DNA of 64,000 nucleotides, from assembly GCA_016748015.1 (NCBI GenBank), contig JAAOMT010000786.1:623814-687813 (forward strand), written 5' to 3'. The position numbers and the translations under genes are program-made. This DNA is from Geosiphon pyriformis uo1 (Eukaryota; Fungi; Glomeromycota). Below are positions 24,519 through 36,700 of this stretch, in pieces. The notes under the pieces are model-generated. The model did not search any database. It had not been told where the DNA came from and saw only the letters and a program-made list of their open reading frames with translations. Position 1 is the first letter of the stretch. Each line of letters begins with the position of its first letter.

Positions 24519-27500
24519 ATAATCCTACAGAAAACCAGCACCAACAACACCAAACCAAAAGTGGTAGAATCAGAAACCATAGAAGCAAACCATTTAAAAT
24601 TCGCGAAAGCTTTATTTCAACACTATTGTCAACACTTAGAATTAAACCACAATCATATATCTACTGAATCAGTCTTTAACTTCTACATCAACGAAAAAAT
24701 TTCCTCTTTGTTAGGAACACCAGTGAATACTGAATTAGCCAGGAAAACTTTCTACAGAGAATTAATTCAAAATACCAATCTGCCAACAAATCACAATTTT
24801 GCTTCCATCATTACTGAAATCAACAAAGAAATTGAACATCACATCCAACAAAGATATCCAATTACTTATGCCAATAAAGGCAAAGGGAAACTACAAACAC
24901 CAGCAGTAATACCCAAAAAGATACAACCACCCACTTAGAAGAAAACAAGAATTGAATCACCAACTGACCCATCCTATCACTACACACTGGGAAGTGTCAT
25001 CAATATAACATCAGCAAGTGCGTCCACATCAAATGTAATATCAACATTCGGATGACTCCCATTCCAAAGTAAACAAAGAAAAACAGATCTATTAGGACCA
25101 TATGGCGAATATTTTGAGGGATTTAAATCACAATCATCAATCCCATCAGGAATTTGATCACCACCACCTCAACCAGACTTTGGAACTGCTACTCTGTGGG
25201 AACTATCTGAAGAAGAAGAGGAAAAAGAATTGAAAGATCAAGAATTTATTTACCAAAACCTGATCACTGAAAGCCCGGAAGTTGAAACCCTGAATCTTCA
25301 AGCTTAGCAAAATTTAAATATAGAAAATTTGGAAATCAAAACTCTGAATCAGCAAAGGCAGAACAATCCAAACCCCGAATTAATTAATCAGCAAAACTTA
25401 CCTCTGGTAATTGTCATCAATCAACCACCAATTAATTCAGTAGCCAAACCTATACAGCAGCCATTTCAACTACCACTCCAACAACCAGGACAACAACAAC
25501 AACTGTTTCAATAGCCACCACAACAACCCAACTTAGATCCAATGGCCTATGCACCAATCACAAAACTTGACAACTTTACCGGCAAAGAGGATGATGCTCA
25601 GGTATGGCTGAATGATATAGAAAAAGCCATCGCAGCCAATGAATGGAATGATGCTCAAGCAATGCAAGCCATTCCATACTTTTTTAAGGATACTGCTGAT
25701 TTATGGTACCAGAGCTTGATTAATAAACCACAAGATTTTAATGCCTTCAAAGTGGAATTCTTAAGATACTTCAGCAACAATAACAGCATCAATAGTCTAG
25801 TCAATGCATTCACTACCATAAAACAAGGAGAAACTGAAACAGTCACAACTTACCTGGAATGCTTTCATTAAAACCTACGCCAAATTCAAGCAATTGACGC
25901 CAACTATTTCACAGCACCAAATCAGTTTATCCATGGCCTGTGCAGCAGCATCTTGTAACATGTACGTCCGTTGCATTCAGGTACCCTTCAAGACGTAGTT
26001 ACACGCGCCAGAGATTTTGAATCCACTGAGTCAGAGACTAACCACGCCCAAGCTGTTAATCTAGTAATAAACGGATTATCTAAATTGGATTCCAAATTAG
26101 AGAAGTTTAGTGAATCAATTAATAAGAGATTAAAAGGATACTTAGCTGACAATTACGCCATTTATCAGTCTCCACAATGATGCAATAATCAAAGAAACTC
26201 TAATTATGCCCAAAATCAACCATGTTCATCTTCATCAACCAATCAACAGTGGCAACAGGAAATGTATATCTGCCACTATTGTGGTAAACAAGAACATATT
26301 CAAATTGACTGTCACCAGCGTCTAAATAACCAATGATTGGGAAATCAATATCAAAACCCCGATTGCCAGTTCCAAACTCCGAATCATTATCCAAATTAGG
26401 GTTAAGACCAATATCAAAATAATTACCTGCTAATAACACAGCAACCAATCTATCAACCACCAGTATATCAACCTCCGATTTATCAGCTGTAGCCACAAGT
26501 AATATATCAACCACAGCCACCAATCATCTATCAACCCCAACCAATTTAAACACCACTCCAGAATCCAGCTCAAATGACATCAGGCAACTCTTGATCCAGA
26601 GTCACTCAAAACTGGAGATCGGCGATAGTTGTTTACCAACTGATTCTCAGTTTGCTAAACCCACCATCAGGATCACACACCCAGAATTTGGATACCAGTC
26701 GCATCCAAAACCCAAATTCCCAACACTATTTAAGTCTCCTGGTTAACCCAGAAGATGCCACATCCTACAACATGGAATCCAATCAGCACATACCTCCCAA
26801 CACGATTCCACTAGCAACCATCTCTAGTGACAAATCCCTAGCAGCCATCTTTCCTTTTGAACTCGAAGAAAACACACTGATACCATTATTTAGTAGAGCC
26901 ACCCTCGAAGAAAAACCTATAACAGCAATGTACACAGATGCCAGAGTTGATGGTCACTCCATCAAACTCATCCTAGATAGTGGATCAGCTGGCAGCATAA
27001 TCACAAGACAGCTCATAGATCAATTAGGTTGCCGAGTTGATCGAGCTGCCAGCACTAGAATCATTACTGCCGATGGTGCCACAAAAACACCTATCGGCAA
27101 GATAGATGATTTCCTTATAGAAATTAATAGCATCATAGTACTCATCAAAGTCATAGTAATGGATGCCACCCAATACCAAGCCCTAATTGGTAATGACTGG
27201 CTGTCCAAAACCAACGCCGTGCTCAATTGGACAACCCAAGAGTTAATACTCAGCCAGAATGGAAGACACACATGAGTACCAGCAATATGTGGCCATTTCA
27301 AGGCTACCAACAACATGGTACCACTAATCGACTTTGACAAGAAGAAACTAAAACCTACCTGGAAAGCCTACCAAGTGTTGTGGGCTGATGAAGAGCACAA
27401 TGAACTGCCACCAATACTCTTCTGGGACAACAACAACAAGGGAAAAGGGAAACAAAAGGAAGAACTTACCTGGGAAACTGATGACCTGATATGAACCGAC

Positions 27501-30500
27501 AATAACGAGAGCAAACCGACTTCAAGCTGGGAAAGGGAAGAAGACAAAAAAAATAAAATAAAAGGAAAAGAAAAAGAGACCACTCAAACCACCACTGCTT
27601 ATAAAATCTACACCATACCATAATGATCTACTTATCGTCAATTTAAGCTTATATGTGTTGATTGTGACAAGAAATTGTTGTCAATGGATGCATGCTGTGG
27701 GGACGATGAGAAATATTCAATGGCAACTAGGTTCTATTGCCACCCATGTGTTCTTAAATGCTTTGGAAGACCAAAACAAGTAGGGAAATAGAACAACCAG
27801 TTATGCTTAGCTTGTGAAGAGACTCTATTGGACAAAGGAATATGGCATGACATTCCTGGATGTGAAGGAACATGCAATGTATTGTGTCAATACACGATTC
27901 TGATTAACAACTGGATTAAAAAGGGGACACCAATTGAAGCCGCTTGGCAAAGAACAGTGTGACAATTAGACAGTTGTCCACATGACGATAACGAAATTTG
28001 GAAAATGACAACCACAAAAATTGAAGGCACATCGCCAGAAGAAATCTGGACAATTAAAAACAACCCACCAGAATCCATTGAGCTTGACTGGGACGCAAAG
28101 CCAGTCATAAATTTTCTAGAACCAGAAGAGTTCCATAAATACTACCAAAACTTGGCACCTACTAGAGAAGAGCAAGAACAATGGCTAGTACAGTTAAATA
28201 CAAGACTGTGTTACCATTGTTTAATTTCCAGTGACTTTGAATATTGTGATGATTGTGACCTTATTTACAATCCACCACCATGCATGATCTACTCGATCCC
28301 TGAAGAAGAAGAACCAATCAGCAGCTGTGCATCAGAATCAGAATCGCTGATCAATCGTGATCCAGACTCTAATGATAACAATGAAAACACTGGTTCCAGC
28401 TCCATTCAAAATGGCAATAATGACGAAAACAATTCAGACTCAGATTCAAATCCCGATTTAAACTATGAACAATATATTGCACTATTAGATCTCTCCAAGA
28501 AACAAGAGTTGAAATGGTATAGTGACAATAGGGAAGGTATTATGCCAGAACGTGTACATGATACTAATGCAGAGTTTGATCTGAGGTATCCAGGAAAAGA
28601 GATCATCAAATTGGAGCCACATTTACGCATCTGCATTGATCTGAAAATAGCACTAAAAATTCTGGCAACAACAATGGTTCAATTAGCATCTAGGAGTAGT
28701 CTAGCAAAAAGAGGAATTAATATAAGAGGAGGAATAATTGACGCAGGATATATAGGAAATATCATCGCAATGTTATAAAATGACTCAGAAAAGGCCTATA
28801 TAATAGAATCCAATGAAAAGATAGCACAGGCAATATTCCTGCCTCTGGTTAGAATAGCTCAGTTAGTATCAGTGGGAAAGAGGGAGAAATTAGGAATAAC
28901 AGCGAAAGGAATACAGAGATTTGGATTGATGGGTAAAATAGATGTACCAGTTAATATGGCAAAGGAAAAAATTGTTGGCCAAGGAGAAATTATCTCAACC
29001 GGTCAAGCTATTTCTATTCCACCATATAGCCAGTACATGTTAGCAATAGAAAGGAAGGAAAAGAAGCAAGAACAGATTTTTGAAGCTGAAGCAAACCTTT
29101 GTGAATCAGGAGAGATTGGACTGATCAATTTCCACATACCAGCCAAGAGCTATAGCTGCATAAAAATTCCCATCTACAACAACACTGGCAATATCATCAA
29201 CATACCAGAAGGAACTACCATCAGATATTTAACCACAGAAATAGAAGACCAACCACCAAACCTCATTCCAGACTTTCCACAACTTTGTGAATATGTTGAC
29301 ATCACATCACAAACAATCTATGGACGAGACAAATGTTATTTGCTCCAACCAGAACAATTGGAACAAATGAACATAAGAAACTTAGATCCACTCCAATGTA
29401 TACAGCTCAAGATATTACTCAACAATTTCAACGACATCTTTGCCAGCGAAAATGAGTTTGGCCAAACTGACATTATCCAGCATCAGATCAAGACTGGAGA
29501 TGCAATGCCAATCAAACAAAGAGCATACAGAGTGCTGCCAGCCAGTCACAAAATCATTTGTCAAGAGATAAACAGAATGCTTGACAATGGGCTAATTCAA
29601 CCATCAATGAGCCCATGGTCGTCACTAGTGGTACTCATCTATAAGAAAAATAGAAAAATCCGGTTTTGTGTAGACTACAGGAAACTTAATAGTGTAACTC
29701 GTGGAGACAGTTATCCAACTCCACAAATACAGAAATTATTCGATGCTTTCAGTGGGAACAAATAGTTCTCAACATTAGATTTGAACAGTGGTTACTGGCA
29801 AGTAGCCATGAATCCAGCTGACAAAGAGAAGACAGCATTTACTACTAGAGAAGGGAATTTTGAATTTGAAGTGATGCCATTTGGCTTAACCAATGCCCCA
29901 GCAACTTTCCAATGGCTAATGGAAATTGTTTATACTGGTTTATTGTGGAAATCAGTAGTTGTATACTTGGACAACACCAATGTATTCTCAAAGACATTTG
30001 ATGATCATCTTCATCTTCAACAAGTGTTCAAAAGACTAAGAAAAGCAGGACTAAAGTTAAATGTGACAAAGTGCTTCTTTGGCAAGACAAAACTCAAATT
30101 CTTGGAACACATAGTCAACAAAGATGGCATCAAAACAGATTCAGAGAAAATAGAGATAGTAAAGAACTTTCCAGTGCCAACCAATATAACAAAACTGAAA
30201 TCATTCTTGGGATTCACTAGCTACTATTGTCATTTTATCAAGAACTTTTCCAAGATAGTGCAGCCACTCAACCAACTGCAAAACAAAAATACGAAATATG
30301 AATGAACAGAAAGTCAACAAGAAGCTTTTGATATTCTGAGAAAAAAGCTCATCCAAGCTCTAGTACTGATCTATCCAGATTACAGCAAACCATTCATCAT
30401 CACCACTAATGCATCTGGCCAAGCATTGAGAGCAGTATTATCTTAGAGGACTGGACAGCAGAGAACATCCAGTAGCATATGCCAGCAGAGATTTAACACC

Positions 30501-30762
30501 AGCTGAAAAGAACTATGGAACACCGGAACAAGAACACTTAGCAATATACTGGGCCATCATGAAATAGAAAGAATACTTGAGCCAGAAGTTTGAAGTATAC
30601 ACAGATCACAAGGGATTAACATCACTCCAAAAACAAGAATTTGGAGATGGAAGACAGTCAAAATGGAAAATGGCACTCACACCATACAATTATACTATAC
30701 ATTACAAAAAAGGAAAAGACAATGGAAATGCTGACGGTTTATTGTAAATAAGACAAATCTAA
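24519..30762 (+). pseudogene. Gag-PR-Cys-rich domain-dUTPase-RT-RNase H polyprotein of element 1b
   Basis: ORF fragments from 24561 to 30305 are all in one frame. Capsid FTGKEDDAQVWL, knuckle CHYCGKQEHIQIDC, protease LILDSGSAGSII, dUTPase, RT (VMPFGLTNAPATFQ, YLDN) and RH. One 2-bp deletion at ~30450. Confidence 0.92.
28540..28935 (+). pseudogene. Trimeric dUTPase domain within the polyprotein
   Basis: Motifs AEFDL, ASRSSL, GIIDAGYIG, EKIAQAI and G..RFG correspond to dUTPase motifs I-V. Confidence 0.92.
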
Positions 30763-30825
30763 GAACATTTCAACCCAAAAATATAATAAAACCAGAACAA
30801 TACCAACAAAAAAATACAACAAAAG

Positions 30826-32207
30826 ATGAACATACAAAAATATTAACAATTGCAACATTATCTAAACACTCAACAGTTCAAAAAGAATTTATCTCAAATG
30901 GAATGAAAGAGTATCAAACAACAATCAAAATATTTTATCACTCACCAAAATATACTTTATCGGAAAAATAGAAGGGATCCAGATCAACCAACCAGAGTAA
31001 TTACGGAGCCAGAAAAAGAGACAATATTATTCAACATGCACTCAAATCCAACAGCAGGACATTTTTACAAAGAAGCAACCATGGAAAGAACCAGAAAAAG
31101 ATACTATTGGCCATCAATGTACCCAGACATCATTCAATATGTTCAAAATTGTGATGCTTGTCAGCGAAGAGGAGGAACAAGACCCAGTGAACCATTAAGA
31201 CCAATCAAAGTGGGACAACCATTTGACCGTATTGGAATTGATTTAGTCAGACCATTAACAATTACCAACAGAGGAAACAGATACATAGTGGTAGCCATGG
31301 ACTATCTCACTAAATGGCCAGAGGCAAAAGCAATTCAAAGAGCGGATGCAGAATTCATTGCCGAATTCATTCATCAGGATTTGATTTATCAACATGAATG
31401 TCCAAAAGAATTATTATTAGACCAAGGAACTTATTTTGTGAACAAACATTAACAGAATTGAGCCAAAGATTCGGAATCAAGAAACCATTATCATCACCAT
31501 ACCATCCACAAACCAATAGATTAGTAGAAAGATTCAACAGAACATTGTGTGAAGCAATAGCTAAACTCAGCCAAAAAAACCAGAACAATTGGGATTTGTT
31601 AATACCATCAGTACTATTTGCTTATCGGACAATAAAGCAAGATACTACACAAACAACACCATTTGAATTAGTATATGGTAGAACAGCAACACTACCAGTA
31701 GAAATAAAAGTCAGCACATACCCAACCAAACCAATAACAGAAGAGAATTTCAAAGATACATTGTTGAGAAAAACATATGACTTAATGGAAACATTGGAAA
31801 ACAACCAAAGAAGAGCAGCTGATAATATTTAAAAGTTACAAGAAAAACAGAAAAAAAGACACAATAGTTAACTACCAGACAAACCAGTTGAATTCAAGAT
31901 TGGAGACAAAGTATTACTATATTGTACCAAAGCAGAAAAACAATGGAGTGGAAAATTCGACCCCAAATGGGACGGACCATTTCACATAGAAGAAATTTTA
32001 AGAAATGGAGCTTACAAATTAAGATTGAATAACAAAATTTTAACCAAAGCAGCACATGGAGATCGACTAAAGCCATATCGTAACATCACATTACCATCTA
32101 CCAGTAATATTCCACAATTAAGAGTACAGAGAATACTAGTCCAACCAGATGAGATTCCATGAGATCTGGAACCAATTGTTATTATCAACAACAACATGTT
32201 AAATTGA
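30826..32207 (+). pseudogene. Stand-alone integrase ORF of element 1b
   Basis: ATG MNIQKY; HHCC (H..GH..YYWP..CDAC); DDE core (GIDL, DQG, ERFN); GPY/F module WDGPF. No chromodomain is evident. Confidence 0.9.
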
Positions 32208-32261
32208 TCAATTAAAAGAATATATAAAGATATAGTAGACATAACAGGAAATATCAAAAAA

Positions 32262-32891
32262 ATGGAAATTACAGACAACATTCACATATTAGCACAACAA
32301 CTCTTTCAATTAATCCAACACCAGAAAATGGAGATTACAATCAATCAACAAACCATTCAATATCAAGATACTAGAAAGACATTGCAACTCAGAACACTGA
32401 AGAAAACTGAAAATATGGTGGACAAAATCATGGTGAAAGTAAAATTAGCAATAAAAGAATCGACAAAAGAGTCACTATATCAAGAGTTAACTAAAGAAAC
32501 TTGGAATTGGTAGATACAACAATTTCCATGAAACTATTGTTATTTTTACTTGGGACAACATGTAAATATCCAGAATCTATATACGGATAAAACAAAGCGA
32601 TTATTCGACAAAAGAATACTACAACAATTAGAACATTTTGTGGGAAAGAACAACTTATCTACACAAGCCCGAGCCATATACCAAATACACACAGCATTTC
32701 AGGATAAACCAGAAATATTGCTCAACAGAGCAATGGATATGGTTACCAGTAATCAATTGGGAAAAATTACCAATGCTTAATTTGAAGAATTACAGACCCA
32801 AATAACACAAGTAATTCTCGAAAACGAAATCCAGGAAATACTTTAAGAGGGGGAATTACATGAGTTGGATTTCGATGAAGCTCAATATTAA
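32262..32891 (+). pseudogene. ORF3 of element 1b (~209 aa), unknown function
   Basis: One 630-nt frame from ATG to TAA, interrupted only by transition-type stops. Homologues are present in all four elements. Confidence 0.82.
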
Positions 32892-32904
32892 AAGGAGGGA
32901 ATAA
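32891..32904 (+). promoter_or_regulatory. Polypurine tract
   Basis: AAAGGAGGGAATAA immediately before the 3' LTR. Confidence 0.85.
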
Positions 32905-33772
32905 TGTTACTCATAGAAATATAGGAAATATATTAGCATAATTATTAGCCAATCAGAAGTAAGTGTAGTAAATGTGGAATTCCAGGATTCTTCTCAGGAA
33001 TTGCAGGATTCCAGAAATTTCAGGATTCCTGACAAGGAATTACAGAATTCCAGAATTCCAGGATTCCTTTCAAAGGAATTGCAGGATTCCAGGAATTCTA
33101 GGATTCCTGTTGTGAAAAATTGGGGAATTGAGGAATCCCAATTATGTATATATAGTGGTAGTATTAGAAACAGAAAAGACAGAATTGATACCACAGAATT
33201 CTTAGCCAAGAAACAAAATTATCAAATAAATAATTATTCCATATCTCAATTCACTCTCCACTATCAACACTTTATGTTGATAGTAATTGATACTTAACCA
33301 CGCTGGAACAATAGCTCTTGATTATGGCTATTGATGAAATACTAATCTGCCAAACTGCCTGGGCTTATTTCTTTTTTTTCTTTATTTTTTTGTATTTTTT
33401 TTTCTTTATTTTATTTGATTTGATTGTTGTGTATATTAATTGATTAAAAAATTAAGCACTGAGTTATTGACGTCAAGGATAGCCTGGTAAAAGACCCAGA
33501 AATAAGGGTAGGATTTTATATATTATCAGATAGCTTACCAGAAGGGCATGACTGCCAGACTAAATCCGGCCACCATACTGAGAAAGAAATTGAGAAAACA
33601 ACTTAAGAATACAACCACTATCAATCTTATTGAATCTCTGTTCATTATACAAAGGACTCAACCAAAACCTTCAGATAACAATACCTTCAGAACATCATCA
33701 ACGGAACTAGCTTTGAGCACCAAGTTACAGGTTTGTTATTTAATTCAACAGCTGAAATAATCACCTGTAACA
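32905..33772 (+). repeat. 3' LTR of element 1b
   Basis: 868-bp direct repeat of 23631-24498. Confidence 0.97.
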
Positions 33773-36700
33773 ATGGTTATCATGTATTGATTATATGGTG
33801 GAATGGAAATTGATTGATGAGTGGAGATAATTTTTCCCTTGTCAACAATTTTTTTTTCTGCCATATTAACTGATACATCTATTCTACCCATTTATTCAAA
33901 ACCCTGTATTTTTTTAGCTGTGATCCCTAATTCTTCTCTGTTTCCCATTGACACTAACTGAGCTATTTTTATCAGAGGTAGAAATATTGCCTGTGCTATC
34001 TTTTTGTTTGGCTCTATAATATAGGCTTTTTCAAAGTTATTCTGTAGTATTACAATGATGTTTCCTACATATCCTGCATCAATTATTTCTCTTCTGATGT
34101 TGATTCTCTTTTTCACTAAACTACTCCTAAATGCTAGTTGAATTATAGTTGTTAAAATTTCCAGTACTATTTTGAGATCCAGGCATGTGCATAAATGTGG
34201 TTCCAATTTGATGGTGTCCTTTCTTGGATATCTCAAATCAAACCTGGTATTGGTATTATGTACACATTCTGGTATAATGCCTTTATTGTTGTCACTATAC
34301 CATCTGAGTTCCTGTTCCTTGAAAAAATCAGAAAGCATGATGTATGTTTCAGGATTTGAATCAAAATTCAGATCACTATTATTTTCTTTGCCATATTGAG
34401 CAAAGCTAAAACTGTTGTTTTTATTATCATCATTGTCAGAGTTTGAATTGGAATTGAAAGTTGATTCCAATTCTGCTGTGCAGTTGCTAATTGGTTTTTC
34501 CTCTTCTGGAATTGTGTAGATCATGCATGGTAGTAGATTGTAAATAAGGTCACACTTATTACAATATTGAAAATCACATGGAATTAAACAGTGGTTACAT
34601 AGTTAGGTATTAATTTTTTCTAAATATTGTTCTTGTTCTTTTTGAGTGGATGCTAATTCTTAGTAGTGTTTGTGGAATTGTTCTGGATCCAAAAGATTTA
34701 TGACTAGTTCTGAGTTTCAGTTAAGTTCTATAAGTTCTGGAGAGTTATTTTTTATTATCCTGATTTCCTCTGATGACACGCCTTTGATTTTGGTGAGTGC
34801 CATTTGCCATATTTTGTTATCATTATGTGGACAACTGTCTAGACATTTTACTGCTTTTTTCTAGGTGGCTTCGATTAATGTTTTTTTTCTTACCTAGTCA
34901 CTTATTAAGATCATATACTGACATGATTCATCACATGTTTCTCTTCTCCCAGGAATGTCATTCCATATTTCTTTGTTAAAGAGAGTTTTGCTGCAAGCCA
35001 AACATGATTTGTTGTCTCATTTTTCTTGTCTTTTTGGTCATCCAAACCATTCAATGTTGCATGAATGGCAATAGAATTTAGTTGCTGTCTGCCATTTTTC
35101 ATTGTCACTACAGTATGCATTCATTGTGGACAATTTCTTGTCACAGTCAATGAATATTAATTTTGGTCAGCAATAGTTAGATAGTGGTGGTATGGTATAA
35201 ATATAAGGAATATGAGTGGCTGCAGTAATTAGAACTGGCTCTTTTTCTTTTCCTTTTGTCTTTTTTTCTCACTCCTAAGTTGATAATTTGTCCAGATTAT
35301 TGTCAGTTTCTCAGGCTTGGTTGGTATTCTAGATAAGTTCTTTTTTTTGTTTTCTTTTTCTGTTGTTGTCCCAGAAGAGTATTGGCAGTAATTTATGGTG
35401 GTCATTTTCAGCCCATAATACTTGATAGGCTTTCCAAGTAGATTTCTTCTCTTTTTCCTTAAACTCGATAAGTGGTGCTGTCATGTTGGTAGTTTTGAAA
35501 TGGTCACACATGGCTGGAACACATGTGTGTTGACTGTTCTGGCTAAGTTGAAGCTCTTGCGTGTTCCAATCAAGTGTTATGTTGGTTTTAGACAGTCAAT
35601 CATTACCAATGAGTACTTGGTATTGAATGGCTTCTATGACTAATATTTTGATTGACACAATGATGCTATTGACTTCTATAGGAAAGTCATCAATCTTGCC
35701 AATTGGAGTTTTGGTCACTCCATTAGCAGTGATGATTCATGCACTAGCAGTTCAATCAACTTGGCGACTTAATTGGTCTATGAATTGTTTTATAATGATG
35801 CTGCCAGCTGATTTATTGTCTAAGATTAGTTTGATGAATTGGTCATCAACTTTGGCATCAGTGTATATGATGGTAATAGATTTTTTTTCGAGAGTGGCTC
35901 CACTAAATAATGACATGACTAACAGTTCCTCAAGTTCAAATGGAAAGATGGCATTTAGTGATTTGTTCTCTGTGATGGTAGCTGGTAGAATATTGTTAGT
36001 GGGTGTTAGAGTGTAATTGGTTTTTTGGTTGTTGGATGGGACATTTTCTGGGATTACTAGAAGACTTAAATAGTTCTGAGAATTTGGGTTTTGGGTGTAC
36101 CCAACTCCTGAACTCTGCTGGCATGATTCTAATAGATAATCTAATGAACTAGGAATTGGTTGATAAACCACCATTGCCAATCTCCAGTTTTAGGTAACTC
36201 TCAATCTAGGGTTCTCTGATGTCATTTGAGCTGGATTTAATGTTGGTGTTTGAACTACAGGTGTCTGATAAATTATTTGTGGGTTGATATATTACTTGTG
36301 GCTGTGGTTGATAGATTAGGATTTGATATATAATTGGTTGATAAATAGACTGCTGCATTATTAGCAGGTAAGTAGGTTGATATTGATCTTGATTTGCATA
36401 ATGATTCGGTATTTGAAGTTTGTAATCAGGATTTCTATATTGATTTTTTGATTGTATATTACTATAAAAATGGCAGTTAGCTTGGATATGGCCTTGTTTA
36501 CCACAGTTGTGGCAGACATGCATTTCTGGCTGCCACAGCTGATTGAATGATAATAATGGACATAACTGATTTTGGAAACAATTCGCATTTTCTGAATTAT
36601 TGCATCATTGTAGTGGTTAATAAATTGTGTAATTGTCAGCTAAGTATCTCTTGATTTTCTGATTGATTGAATTACTGAATTGCTTTAGTTTGGAATCCAA

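Larger units (their letters stand above)
23631..33772 (+). mobile_element. Complete Ty3/Gypsy element 1b (family 1), 10.1 kb
   Basis: Two 868-bp LTRs (TGTTAC..GTAACA), PBS and PPT. 4-bp TSD ATGG at 23627-23630 and 33773-33776. Confidence 0.97.

Noticed and set aside
26200-27340. Programmed gag-pol frameshift; antisense ORFs as genes
   Set aside because: Gag and PR are in the same frame in 1b and 2a, and the shift in 2b is a private 4-bp deletion. The antisense ORFs are shadows of Q/P/N-rich coding sequence.
31950-32207. Chromodomain at the integrase C-terminus
   Set aside because: Only the GPY/F module and a short LEPIV tail are visible, with no chromodomain aromatic pattern.
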